Shown: positions 37,473 to 51,228, counted from the stretch's first letter. The stretch is DNA of 64,000 nucleotides from Bugula neritina (GCA_964035545.1 OZ037770.1:5466729-5530728); one strand, 5' to 3'. Notes: generated by a model not told the origin, from the letters alone. Numbers and translations are program-made.

Positions 37473-40400
37473 CACAGAGAGAAATATTAGTGCAGCGCTT
37501 GCACTAAAGTTGTTCAAAGAGCATTTTATTGTCGGTATAGCCTGCACCACACCTCTAATAGTTGTTAGACCTGCACTTATTTTGATGAAATTGAAAATTA
37601 ATCCGATTAGTGTAAGCTGAAAAATATTTTGTAGTAGCTCTGAAACCACTTAGTTGTTAAGTCAACACTACTTTTCACAAGTATTACGTAATCATCTTCC
37701 CTAGGTCTGAATGAAGCTAAACAGTAGTTGATAGGAGCAGAAAGTGAGATCAATGCTACAACTAAATATGTTCAAGCAAAATTTTATTTACATAAGAATT
37801 ACGGAACAATCGGCAGTTGTTTACCTAACAACATTATTCGTTCACATGTGCACTAATGATGATCACAAACCTTTATAGGAAGCTAGGATAGAGTTGAACC
37901 CTACATTTGGGTCATTTCAATTGGTGCTTCCCAGTTAGATGCTATTTATACATTTTACGTGCAATTTATTTGAATACCATTGAAATATATGTGTATTTAA
38001 ATAAATTTGAGTCAATTGTTTTTTATAATTGGCACACAAATAAATTTCTTTGCTCTGCATAAACCTATTAATTTTGCATTTTCTATATTTTTTGTTTTTT
38101 GAAAAAATGTTATTATTAATGCTTTTTTTCAACACAAATTTGGAAAAATTTAAATATTATTGCAAATATATCATATTGTTGGTTATTTTATGTTTAGCAA
38201 TTGATATGAAAGTTATATAAGGGTATATAGGTATATAATACTTAGTACCAAAACAAAAAATACAACCTAACTGGGGAGCATATAAGTGGAATGAAACTCC
38301 TTCAACCTACTAGCTGTTTATGATTTCGAAATTTTTTTGAAGCCAAAACATTTTCAAATAGCTTGTTACCAGACTACTATTAAACATTGCCCCACTCCGT
38401 TTATCAAAGACTTAAGTTGAATTTATCAACAAAAAATTTCAACTGCACATATCTCTTGCATGGGTAGTTTAGGCTTCACTAGTCAATTTCATTCATGGAA
38501 AGGAAAGCCAACTAATTTAAAATGTGTGTAAAAGAGAGATCAGGGAGATGCACCATTAAACTCCAATGTACTCAGTTATCAGCAAATGTGTTTCAAACAA
38601 GAAGCTTAAAATTAACCATGAAGCAAGCTACTGAATAGTCAATTGTGGATCAGGTGAACCACTTTAAAAGCCTTTTGTAAACTTGTGTAAACTACCTGGT
38701 GGAACAAAAGAAGATGTTGCATAACAGAGCTATAGTAAGGAAATATTTAAATTGTAATTCAAAGGCAAGAAACTGGCTTACCAAGCAGTGACAGAGCAAA
38801 GCAAAGGTTATTACGTAACAGCACATAGTTTTCATTCACGGCTATTGACAGAAGAAATATTTTGCCGGCATAGTGAACACCAGAGGCTCAGACTAAGAGG
38901 TTGTGCTTTGAGATTCCATGAATTTGTGCTTCCAAACAACCCCACAACATGGAAAACATTGAATCATTTCATCACATGGGTAAAGATTGCAGCTACCTCT
39001 CAGAGATAGAAGATGATCACTTTCTTTCAGAGTTAGGAACTGAAGTCATTGCAGCAAAAGGTAAGCCCAATCATTTGCTTAACGTTGTCATTTGATATCA
39101 CAATGACAGTATGACTATTGCTGTAGACAGATAATTGAATTTGTGCAACCATAACTTTTAAGAGACCACATTGACTAATAATTCCCAAACTACTCTATTC
39201 CTATATCAATTTGATATGAGTTTTCCTGTGACAATCTATTTTCAAAAAATTTAGTGTTTTATTTCCACTTCACCTTCTAGCAATTTGTGCTAAATTCATT
39301 AATTTGAATTCCCTCCCCCATTGTAAAAGTATTGTTAATAATGCAGTTTAGCAGCCTACAAGTAGTTATTAGCCTCAATCAGCTGCCAAGCTAGCTTCTT
39401 GTTTTATAGCTAAGTACCAAAATGCCAATATTAGTGGTGAGTTGGCAAAGTTGGCAAAGTTTTTCATTAACTTCCGTGCCACCAGTTTATTCTTTTATTT
39501 ATCTTTGCACAGCACAATTAAATATAAAAACATGTTTAAGTAGCAATATTTTTCTTGGTAGTACTTTATTTGTTTTTCAATTTATAGACATACTGAAACT
39601 TATCAACATCTGTTATCTCAATATGAGGGGTCCATATAAAATGCTGACCCCAGCTTAAATTGTGATTCACTGACATTTTGAGATAATTTTAATGCGGAGA
39701 AGCTTCTATTAACTAAACTAATTATGCTCAACAGCTCTTGCATTTGTAATTAAGAAAGAAGTAAAATAAAATGATGGCAAAAATTGTTAGTAAATTTTGA
39801 TAAGCTCAAACTAACCCAAACACTACGCAACATAATGATCATAAGTTTGCCAAAGCCTGTATGGTTATTCAGAATCAAATGATTGGTACGATGGTGCTGA
39901 AAATATGCTGAAAGATTCATAGCCAACATCATTGATACTATTAGTTTTGGCCTTAGACTTCAGCTTCTTCAAAGTTGAACGTAATTTATTTACCCTGCTT
40001 GTGATTGTATATCTTAACCAAATGTTTACTGTTTATACTAATACAGTTTAAATATTACCCAACTTTTATCTTTTGTTGTAGATCCCATAACATTTTTAAG
40101 ACCATGCACTCAAAGATGCTGAATAGGAGCACAAAAAAGAATTTGACCGCTACAAAACTTTGAATCATGCTGAGACCTTCAGCCTGCAAGCAGGCGCACT
40201 CACCACTACATTACAAGCGTCACTGGGTGCTCTCGACACTACACCTCACCCACTTCTCAAGAACCCAGCTGCCCTTTTTATACCACTTCTTCAGGCTTTC
40301 CTGGCCACTCAACTCCTCTTGGAGTACTACCACACTTTACTAACTGCTGGAATTAGTTATAAAACTTCCCCCTCCCCCCTCCCGTACTTGGGTTACCATC

Positions 40401-41209
40401 ACGGACCTCGGACTTGCACACAGGTGTGCTAACCATTACACACCACAACTGCTTGGTTATCGCTACACTACAGAGCAAGAATGTATAATGACACACACTA
40501 TGGTCTTAGCAGGTTCTGTTAATATTGAGAAAGGTTAACTGAATTTACAGTCGTAGAAAAATTCTGCAAATGTTTATTTTCATGTTTTTTTTCTTATTTT
40601 AATCTTTAGAAGTTATTTTTTGTTGCATTTCTTATATTCAACTATCATATACAATAAAATCCACATTACTATACTCTCATACTGGTTAGAAGTTATGACA
40701 AGTTAGTTCAGAGTGATCAGTAATAATTTTTGCAGAAGCTTATTTCCAACTAAAATTAGAGCAGCATGGAACATTTATAAGTTCAGCTTTGAATATAACT
40801 TAGTTCAGCATTGAGCATATCTAAGATCATCATTGAACAGAAATAAGATCATCATTAAACATATATAATATCACTATTGAACATAAATAAGATCACTATT
40901 AAACATATATAATATCACTATTGAACATAAATAAGATCACTATTAAACATATATAATATCACTATTGAGCATAAATAAGATCACCATTGAAAATATATAA
41001 GCTCACCGTTGAACATAATTTGGCTCATTGTGATAAATACAAAGAATCAACTTCACAACTCTTTATATCAACATTGATCTAACATACTATTCACTGTGAA
41101 CAGTACCTGACACTAATTTCTATTCACTGCTGGTCAATTTAGGAGCAAAAAAACGAGCTGTTTTAGTTGTCAGCTAATGTTCACTCTAACACTAATATTT
41201 CTCTCTGTG
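37473..41209. mobile_element. CACTA/EnSpm (CMC)-like DNA transposon, 3.7 kb, non-autonomous or decayed
   Basis: Perfect 20-bp TIR CACAGAGAGAAATATTAGTG with TA duplication; empty site cagctaataaac at ~35093 in the sister unit; subterminal 22/44-bp tandem repeats at 40770-41030. Confidence 0.88.
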
Positions 41210-41894
41210 TAATAAACTAGTTAGTGATAGTTGCTACATTATGGAGTTGTCTATTACCCTATAAAATATAAATTATCAAAGCAGCACTTGACATGTTCCT
41301 TGCTCTCATATACTGATATGCTATCTTTATGAGCGTAATAAAAATAATATAAACACCTAATATAAGTTATAGTTCTTCAAACTAGTAAAATTTAAACTTA
41401 TCTTTCTGAACTAAAACTTAAAAATATAATTAAAAATGTTACTGCTGAGCAGTTGAATAGTTTTTTAATCTAATTATTGTAAAATTTTGCCCAGCAACTA
41501 AAATACTACTTGGAGACTAGCAGTGGATCACATAAATATAATAATTGCTGACAGGCTATACAATCATTCATTCTAACATTATAATATGTCAGTCATGAAC
41601 ATATACGCTGACTGAGTAAATAATTATATGCACTAATAACTTGCTGTTATACATTATTCGCTCCTTTCTGAGCTGATAACATAATAAGAAGGTTTTAGCG
41701 TTAAGAGGAATTATGACAGATAGACCATGAAATTTGACCTCTGGAATAGTTTCATGTCTTTAAATAAAGCAATGCAGTTGCTATACAAGATATATTTATT
41801 ATAGGTAAATTACCCTAGGGCAATAATACGTTATCAGTGATTAAGTTATTATATAATATTATCTGATTAACTATAAAATCCTAATGTAGCACAT

Positions 41895-42858
41895 ATGCTA
41901 CTCTGGGCCTAACAGGGTTTCTGCAGTCGCAATATTATAAAAAGTTAAGAATTCAAACAAACTATATCATTGTTAAAAACTACCAAAAGAATTTTGTACT
42001 TAACAGTACCATCCATATTGACAATATACCTCTCTCACCTAGCTCAGAAATAAAATTTTTAGGTGTAGTCATTGACAATAACCTAAACTGGTGTGCTCAT
42101 ATAAATTCTTTAAGGACTCAGCTCAACAAAGTAACTGGTATGATATACTTAGCTTCAAAGTTTTTACCATACAAAGCTTTGATTTTATTATATAACAGTC
42201 TGATAAACAGCAAACTTACATATTGCTTAGAAGCCTGGGGAAATGCCCCTAAAACCCATCTGAACAAGTTGCTTTTAATTCAAAAACGCATTATTCGCAT
42301 TATTTTCCACAAATCACCTACTGAACACACGTCACCTCTATTTATCAAAGCAGAAATTCTTCCTATTGATCTCTTGTATATCTACCGTCTATGTCTTCTT
42401 GGTCATTCAGCTTATTATACTCCATCTCACACCAAACAACCACCAACTTACCTCACCAGACATTCTGAACTTTCCTTACCCTTACCTCTCTCTACCTCCG
42501 CAGCAGGTCATCGTCAAGTGTCCTACCAGATGTCTAGCAATTGGAATAAACTACCTCTGGCTTTAAGACATCATCAAAGCTTTGCCACATTTAAAATATT
42601 GTTGAAAAAGCACCTACTAAAATCTTTAACTTAATCTGAATAAATAGTTCCCACTATTTTTTCAACTGCCACTTGGGCCCCGCTCCTTGAATAGCTATGC
42701 TACTGAGCACATGGGCCCCCATCTTGACTTCGATTAATATTATATATAAATTGAATTTAGCTCTTTTTGTGTTACTGTTTTGTATTTTTTTTGTCCTTTT
42801 GTTCTTTTGTTTATTTTTTGATGGAAATAAAGAAACAAACAAACAAATAAATAAACAA
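41895..42858 (+). mobile_element. 5'-truncated CR1/L2-group LINE (RT C-terminus, 3' UTR, AAAC/AAAT tail)
   Basis: IKFLGVVIDNNLNWCAHI..LYNSLINSKLTYCLEAWG..QKRIIRII (ORF 42140..42634); microsatellite tail 42826-42858; interrupts a repeat unit. Confidence 0.88.
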
Positions 42859-44410
42859 ATGCTGCCTAACAACAATAATTTTGTCTCAAGTCTTCTTCAA
42901 AACAATTACTCAATAATAAAGTTTATATATTATAGGCTTGACCACCTTTGGTCACCTCTCACTGCCGTGGTGCTTTGAGGGTGGCGTATAAATAACATAT
43001 TGACATATATACACTTATGAGACGTGTTCTCATATACAGAAGCATATTTTATGAACGCTTTTTGCTAGTTTCTGAGTAAAATACACCACATGTAAGCTAC
43101 AAATGGAAGCAAAATTCTTACCAGCCTCTTTAGTCTTTGTCCATATTGTTGAGTTTGACTTGAACCGAAATTTATAAATAGTGGCTTGTTAACTGCTCAG
43201 CAAGGTGTGATTGAGATGTGACCAGCTGCTGAGTAGTGAAGATAATGATTGGTTGTTGAGACTAACTGGTTATAGAGACCTACTTTACCCTCGTGATTCT
43301 TATCTCTAAGATGATGGATACGTCAATGAAACTCCCCTTTGTTTAATCAAGTCTTACACATTATGAGAAACTGCATGGTGGTGCATTGTTTGCTCATAAC
43401 TTATTACAGTCTTATCTATATGTTATTGAAAGATTATATATGAGTGTTATTATTGTTTGCTTATATTAATAACTAAAAAAATTATTTAGTAATAGTTGCT
43501 ATAAAGTTGTTTATCAACTTATTAAAATTCCAAACTGGTTTTAAACAAATTAACAATTATGAACTGATATGCTATTTTTAAGAGATCAATAAACATAATC
43601 TAACACTTGAAATGACTAGAATTTAAACTTAAATTAAATTAAATTATTACACTCTATAACTTAGCAATAGCAAACTACACAATAATCACCTTTACATGAC
43701 TAGTATTATTATGTACTAGCAGCAAAATAGTTATAAATACATGACAGTAATATTGTAACCAACATTTAAAGTGCCAGGCTACAACTTACAACTACCTATT
43801 GTCATTAAATAAAGAATACTATAGTGCTATCAAATACAACGGTTGTAATTATTAGTTGTATATCCATGGAGTTGGAGATGCAAAATACTGTTGAATAAAA
43901 TATTTTTTTGCTAATGCATAATAAAACTCTGTTTGCTGCTTGCTTAATAGTTGAAACAATATAAATTATACAATAAATAGTACTGATTCAACCTTCACAC
44001 AGTGTGGCTCTACTCCCCCCTTTCAGGACACATTGTGCTAAAAACTTTATAGCCAAATATGGGCTTTATCTTAGTGAGGAAAATATTTATGAGTTATTTA
44101 GTTTTACTGGGCAAAAACATCAACATATGAACTACTTTCATCGTGTTGACCTTTAAATTGGCAGCGAATTTTCTCAAAATTTATGATAAAAATGTAATTT
44201 GGGATTCAACTAGCTCAACCTTCATCTATGAGAAATGACTTTTTTTGGTGAAGTTATTTGAATGACAGAATTTATTAAAATGCTGCAAAGCAAAAATATT
44301 TTCAAAATCTTTGGTAATCCTTTTCAAATAGTAGCCTACTAACATGCTGCATGCATTAAAATTTGAGTTCTTTATAGACAACACAATTTGAGCAAGCAAA
44401 ACAAATGATT

Positions 44411-45229
44411 CGGGCCGCTGTGATGGAGTGCCAATATGGACCAAGGAGGAAAGGTTCTAAGGCTGATGGTACAGGAGAAGGAACAGGAGAGGGTTAGCGT
44501 ATATCTATACTGGTGTCTGATAATCTTCATGAAACTTACTTCATAGCTCACTGCTTTTCTCCCATATCATCTATAGTAACTAGTTAATCAAAGTATGTGC
44601 AGTGAAGTAGCAGTTATACTCTCTTATTTAGCTATATAGAACGAGCTCTTATAGCTGTATTTGTGTTACAAAAATGATAACTTTTCTGTCTATCTGTATC
44701 TGCTATTGGAAATATAAGACAGTTTTTAACATTCAAATCTTTTTTTAATTAGTGCCAATCAAGATGATGTGAATGTTTATTGGGATAATTTTCCTTTTAA
44801 TCTCTCTTCTCTAATGTCAAGTTGTAAATACACTCTGTAGTATAATGTACACGTGTAGAATATAAAGCAGTTTTACCCTCCTTCCAAATCACATGCATAT
44901 AGTTTTGTGGGTACTATCAATTAAGTGATACAGGCTAAAAGTTGCTTTGTGTGTGCGTTAAACTATAATTGAAACCCCATTAGGTTTATTTTAAACATTC
45001 TAGATTACATGTACAGTTGGGTGTATAAAATATTAACCGATCATAATATTATAATACTGATTACAGACTACAAACACGCCTGTTCAGCTCGTATTTATGT
45101 GAAGAAAGTACGGAAATTCAAAAACTGCTCAGTTCCAACAGATGTTAACAGGAAGGTGCTCAAACAGCTGATGGACAGAGCGTTCCAGGTTCTGAGGGAA
45201 CAGGGGTTCAGTGAAGGCGGGGAGGAGCG
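44411..45229 (+). pseudogene. CARF: Two-exon fragment of calcium-responsive transcription factor (CaRF/ALS2CR8 domain)
   Basis: 44411-44492 RAAVMECQYGPRRKG..GE and 45067-45229 DYKHACSARIYVKKVRKFKNCSVPTD..RAFQVLREQG..GGEER, joined by a phase-1 GT-AG intron. Matches vertebrate CaRF RAVVMECQYGPRRKG...CPARIYIKKVQKFPEY. No flanking CaRF exons recognised. Confidence 0.8.
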
Positions 45230-46983
45230 GTACGTCTCTCAGTATATCTATTATCCTATACCACTATAAAAGTCGTAGAGAACTTCGGGTCAATCAGTGG
45301 TAATGGGATTTGTATTACATTATATAGATTTCGTCAAAGATCCTAGCCTAATGAGGCGCAATTGAAATAAGTAATTGATTGGCTGGAGGTACAACCAGTT
45401 CAACTTCATTGGTTAGGCAACGATCGTAACAACTAAAACAAGTGGTGGATACAGTTAGGGTTGACATTAAAACACGGCAATTTCTAGCAGTAATTTGCAT
45501 TCTAAATCAATTTTTTCATGCAAAAGGTTTTAGAAGCTAGGAGTTATGAGAAAGAATAATATAATGTAATAATTTTGATTGAAAAGTTTTAACAAATGCA
45601 GGTCTGAATTTTTATTTAAATCCGCTCCTTTTAGACTTTGTTCTGAACAAAGGATATTAAATACTGTAGCTATTAGATAAGAATTTAGTCTTGTAAATAT
45701 TTTAAAAGCATAATTGTCTTCTCACTCAATTTCAGCTCATATTATAAATTTATCAATCTTCATTATAAAGACATAATTGTCTTCTCATTAAATAATAGTC
45801 TATTACAACTTTATTGCTACCATAATAATATAATATCATTTTGTAAAATGTTTTTATTTTCATAGCATTTTTTGCTTAGTATTATAAAATTTTATGCTGC
45901 ATTGTATATAGCCTACATATGCATATAATGAGCTGCATGTAGTAGACGAAAAGAAATATCGCAATTATATAAAAGATGTAGAAATTATTTGTAGAATATA
46001 AACAAATGCAAAATAATTTAACAAACATATAACTTTACGAACCTCAGCATTTAAATTTAGTTTGCGGCAAGAATAATTTTTTGCTTGTAAAAAATTAAGT
46101 AAAAGATACCAACAATTTTGTTTCTTGTTTTTAATGTTATATTTGTTAGCATTGTAGATGTGCCTGTATTACACTATATTGAGTTCTGATTATTTTGGTT
46201 TAACATTGTAAATAACATATTGTGCAGTATATACAAAATGAGCACATATATAAAACATATACTCATAGTGAAAGTATAAGTTCTAATTTTTTTTGCAAAT
46301 CCATGCATACTATTTGAAATATATGCATACAACTTGGTGTTTCTGATTTGTACATGAACAATTTTATTGCTAAATGCTAAGTAATTATTTAAATTTTTCT
46401 ACAACAAATTCGTCGACATGTTTTATATACCATCTTTTAGCAAACACTTGCAACACTCCTATGCAATTACATATAACTGTAGCTATAGTAAGCTGTTCAT
46501 AAAATAGCAACTATTATGAGTGCTGCATTTTTACACACACACTCACACACGCACACACACATGAAGAAAAGCAAGCATATATATAGTTTACTGTCATGAG
46601 TTACTTGCAAAAATAAGTTGAAATATATGTTGAAGACTTCATACATTAATACAAATGGTATACTCTCAGACAGAGGAGCGACATAGTGCACATGCTCTTA
46701 GGAGTTGCATTATCACCTTCTTTCTTGGTGTCATCAAAAATATGGCATTGAAAGAAGACAATCACTGCTTTGTGGTTTACATATTTGTATTCCTTTTAAA
46801 ACGTAGTTAAAAAATATATATACATATTTTCTAACTTGAAAAAATGCTCTATGTAGCTGCTTATATTTTAAAAGAAATTTTAGGTAGCAGAAGTAAGGAA
46901 TTTTTGACATATTTACTGCAGGGGTGTGATAAACAAATGGACATAACATGCTTGTTTTAAAGCTAAAATATGATGTAACAGAA

Positions 46984-47087
<104 letters not shown>

Positions 47088-47521
47088 TATATACATAATG
47101 AATGTCATTTCACTATATAACAAGAAGAAATAGGCTGCTATTTTTACACTTCTGTGCAGTAATTTAAAAGCTTTGATAGCTTAACCTTCTTCATCTGGAT
47201 AACAAATTTTAGCGTGGGGTGTGGGTTAATAAAAATGTAATCACAAGAACATGTACATAACTTAATTTCTCCATTATTGCACCAACTATCAATATTTACT
47301 TAATAACTAAACCCTATATTTAGCCCAGTGTTCAGTATCTAACTAATATGTATGTACTATATACACTGTCCACCTGTTGAGTGTTATTTAAAAAGTGAAA
47401 GAAATTCTACAACTATAGTCATATTTGACCCATCACTATTATTACACATATAAATGTGTAAAATTAGTAAAAATAATTTAGTGGAAGTATTTGACAAGAA
47501 TGCAAGATTGCAAAAAATTTA

Positions 47522-47590
47522 GCCCACTCTGAGGATTGAACCCATACCCAATGGGTGCAAAGGAGACGCTGTTTACCACGAAGCCAATGC
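47522..47590 (-). mobile_element. tRNA-derived (SINE-head-like) remnant
   Basis: Minus strand has A-box-like TGGCTTCGTGG and B-box GGTTCAATCC at tRNA spacing, but no good cloverleaf. Confidence 0.45.
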
Positions 47591-49591
47591 ATCATCTTAG
47601 GAGGAGTGCCAATACATAAGGGATTATACTATAATGATATAAACAACAGCTAGAAAAATGAGTGGGTTATATTCCATCAGGGTGTTCACTAGCAGTGGAT
47701 TGCCATCTTGTTTTAAAATTGGCCTATGACTCTGTTGCTACTTGCAAAGGTATCTTGATTAAATAAACCAACGGTTAAAAATAAACTGTAGTTTGTATAT
47801 TATTACTAAGGCACAGCCAGCGGTCAGAGCTATGGTATATAAATATACACTGATGTACTAGGACCTAGGTAATAGATTGACAAGTCAAATTATCTTTTAT
47901 AGGTAAACACACTTTGGTTTGAGAAAACATGCATGCAGCCTTAATTTTAGGTTTACGTCAGCAAATCATGAAAAGATCTAAACTAATATTAGAGGTAAAT
48001 TTTAAAAATTAAATTAATTTCACTTATTTTTACAATAACAAATTTTTTGGAGAAAATAAGTTGCTTCCTTTTTGTTGCAATGATATTCAACTTGCTTGAG
48101 CTATGGCCATCAGTGATGAAATTTGAAACCCTGATTGTTTTGAGATAACTTTGTGACTTGTTATACATTTTTGCATATCTTTACCAACATATTACTTGAT
48201 TCATGATAGTTTTCACATTGCAATTTACGGCATCAGTTGAGACTTGCACTCTGACAAAATATTAACAAAGCCAAACATATGGCCACACTACAGTGAAAGC
48301 TGGTTGGTTATATTAATTGTGGCTGCACTAGTCATGGTCCTAGCAGTTGGCCTACCATGGTATTGCCAGGTGCGAGCAAGCTTACAAGCATTTATATAGC
48401 TATAGCTAAACTGATAAGCTTACAAAACATGTTGGCTAACATTATGCAGTTCACAATAGGCATATGGAAAACAAAGATGGTCAAAGGGTAATGATATTGT
48501 GGTTGACATAATATGTTAACTATAAATAGTTCACGAATGCAGTTCCATTAGGCCTACTGGATTACCACTTATTTGCACTAACAGAATGTGTTACAAACGG
48601 GCCAGCAGGCAACTAAACCGTGTAATGCACAACTTTTGACGTTATGCTATGTCATTATGCTCTGAAGTACGTTCTGTCATGGCTGAAAGTCACACTACTC
48701 TACACTTGCAGTAGCAATTCGTTTACTACTTCCATCACCAACACTTGCATTTTTATAGGGGCCAAATTCCTGTACCAAATGGTGTGCTATTCTTTCAAAA
48801 CAGAGTACTATAAATATTATTTTGCTCATAGATTTTAGCAGACAAAGAATTTATACTAAAGACTACCCTATAGAAATTCTATTTAAGAAAAAACTTCAAT
48901 CCTAAAATACTACCTATTGACTTATACAGCTGAACAGAAAAAGAAGTAACCGCAGTTCGAGTATTTAGCATATCTGAGCCACAATTCAAAAATAAATAGA
49001 AGCATAGCACATGTGCATAGTTAATATCATATTATAATAGTTCATATAGTTTGTTTGCCTTTGACAGCATATTGAATATTTCTCTACTTGGCTGTAGGTA
49101 AGCCCTGCAGTTTTTGTTTTTATCTTAATTTACAATGAAAGAATAAACTTGAAAAATGCAACCAAAAACTTATTATTGAAAAAAGGCTTTTAACTACTCT
49201 GCTAACTATGGCTTTTAATTGTCAATAAATGACCCTTTTCATCTAACTATTGCATGGTGCTGAGACGACTGATAAATATGTGTAAAAATGTGTGCAGGTG
49301 GGATTAATTAGCTGAGAAACTTTATTAACCTAAGCTCTTAAACTACAAGAGCGTTGATTAGGGGTGCATGGTAAAACGAAAGTTATTTCACTGCTTTTCC
49401 TCTATAAAACTGAAGCCTTTCCAAATATATTTTTTATTGCACCAGCTGGTACAATCTAAAAATAAAATAAAGCTGAACAATCAAATTAAAAGAATAGGCG
49501 TTTTATATCTTAACTTGTTGAAATGGTGCAGTAAAATTTGTTTGTTGCCTTTTAGGTAAATATTCACCAGGGCTGACATTGACTTCTTTAT

Positions 49592-49745
49592 CACCGCGTT
49601 TCCATGACTTCGCATAATGCGAATGAATTCTGTACGGATTATTTGCGGTTTGCATTAACTTATAGTTGCGTTTCATCGGATGTAACTGTTCCCATTAGCC
49701 GAATGAAAAAATCCATTCGCATAATGCGATAATGGAAACGCAGTG
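49592..49745. mobile_element. Small MITE with CAC(T/C)GCGTTTCCAT TIRs, followed by a degenerate tandem copy to ~49881
   Basis: CACCGCGTTTCCATGA ... TAATGGAAACGCAGTG; second copy at 15861. Confidence 0.8.
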
Positions 49746-50730
49746 TACTTCGCTTCTATGACTGAGCATTGTGTGAATTTGTAGTTGCAGTAACTCATCA
49801 GTTGTGGTTTCCTTCGTTATGTAATTAGTTCCATGAGGTGATGAGAAATCCATTTCGGAATGAGAATGATGAATTGCAGTGCATGTAGGCTGCAGCTTCC
49901 AATTTTCTTAAATCAACCATTAGGCTATGTGTACAAAAAAAGGCAAAATACTTTGCTGTGGCCAACAGTCTGAAAAATACCAGCTAGCACTGAATAAAGC
50001 ACAATAAGTATAGCTTATTTGCAATGCAATGTTGAGTTTTAGAAAGGTCTCAAGTTAGTGTTATTTCCTCACCACTCATGTGGAAAATTAACCAATACTC
50101 CCTATTGCTAAGATTTTGTGCTATGCATCTAATTATTAAGGTGTGAGTTTTTAGAACCAATACTAGAATATAACTCCTTGCGATTATGTGGGAGAGAGAT
50201 GACATATTTGTTGTCAGTCAATATATATTGTAGGCTTGCCTATTACAGAGCTCAAGCCTAGCTCTTTACAATAAAAAGTACAAAGGTATGAAAGAACAAT
50301 AGTATGACAACAGAACCATGCGGTATCGTAACAATCAGGATGCAAATCATCTTGATTATATAGCTAGATGCTTTTCTTCTCTAACGTAGATGTTCTTGTC
50401 AATAGTGAAGCTGCACTTAAACTCAAATGGCCACTTTCTTTTAGACCTGTAAAAGCAAAATATATTTCAACAGTCAAACTAAATAAGTTGAGGCGATGGT
50501 TTCATTGAAGTGACACATAGCAACAGAGTATGCAAAACAGGGGTAGAAAAAGAAATAGGGTAAGGCTCCATCAAGAAGACTCCAACAAAATTGAAAATGC
50601 TGATATAAAATGTGCATTTGACTGACAATGTCTTTTGGCAATAAATTATGACTGCAGACAGCCCCTAGTTCTTAGTACCTAGAGGATCAATTAGGTTTCA
50701 TGGAGATGAGTTGTGCTACATAAGCAATGA

Positions 50731-51228
50731 GGGTAACTAGTCAATATTCTGAATGCCCATTGCTCCGAAGGTCCATTAGTCCGAAAATTAGTACACACAG
50801 GCATCCTCAATGAGAATATCATTAATTTCACTCACAATTCAGTTTAAGTTCTAGCTATGTTATTGCTCTGTGGGTGGCATGTGTGTTGCCTACTTGCTAC
50901 ATCATCTATCAACATGATTATGCGTACGGTACATTATTAATTACAGGCTTGCGAGGTGACAGGCTAATGAATAGCTTGGTGTGTACTTTGTTTATGGAGC
51001 AGCCATAATGGAATGTTGATACAGCCCTTATTGATCATAGTGTAATCTCAGGCTAAACAATCACAAATAGGCAAACAGCATGCCACCCACAGATCAATAA
51101 TATAGCAAGAACTTAAACTGAATTGTGAGTGATATTAATGATATTCTCAGTGAGGATGCCTGTGTGTACTAATTTTCGGACTAATGGACCTTCGGAGCAA
51201 TGGGCCTTCGGAATATTGCTTCGTCCCC
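50731..51228. mobile_element. Foldback/palindromic MITE with ~150-bp inverted arms
   Basis: CAATATTC..GCCCATTGCTCCGAAGGTCCATTAGTCCGAAAATTAGTACACACAGGCATCCTCA at 50742-50810 is mirrored at 51150-51218; the arms extend inward. Confidence 0.85.

Larger units (their letters stand above)
32480..43630. repeat. Tandem array of ~1.6-kb units (about 3 units plus a diverged partial copy); the last unit is split by three TE insertions
   Basis: Anchor AACTTCAATYGGTGTYCGAC at 32661, 34281 and 35881 (periods 1620 and 1600). Unit sequence resumes at 36925, 41210 and 42855; diverged copy at 43200-43630. Confidence 0.9.

Noticed and set aside
40160-40225. tRNA-like sequence on the minus strand (also 47522-47590) as functional tRNA genes
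   Set aside because: Only degenerate A/B boxes and no complete cloverleaf; at most SINE remnants.
40770-41030. Regular short repeats resembling a CRISPR array (also 21305-21412)
   Set aside because: No unique spacers, eukaryotic context, no cas genes; these are transposon subterminal repeats and a minisatellite.
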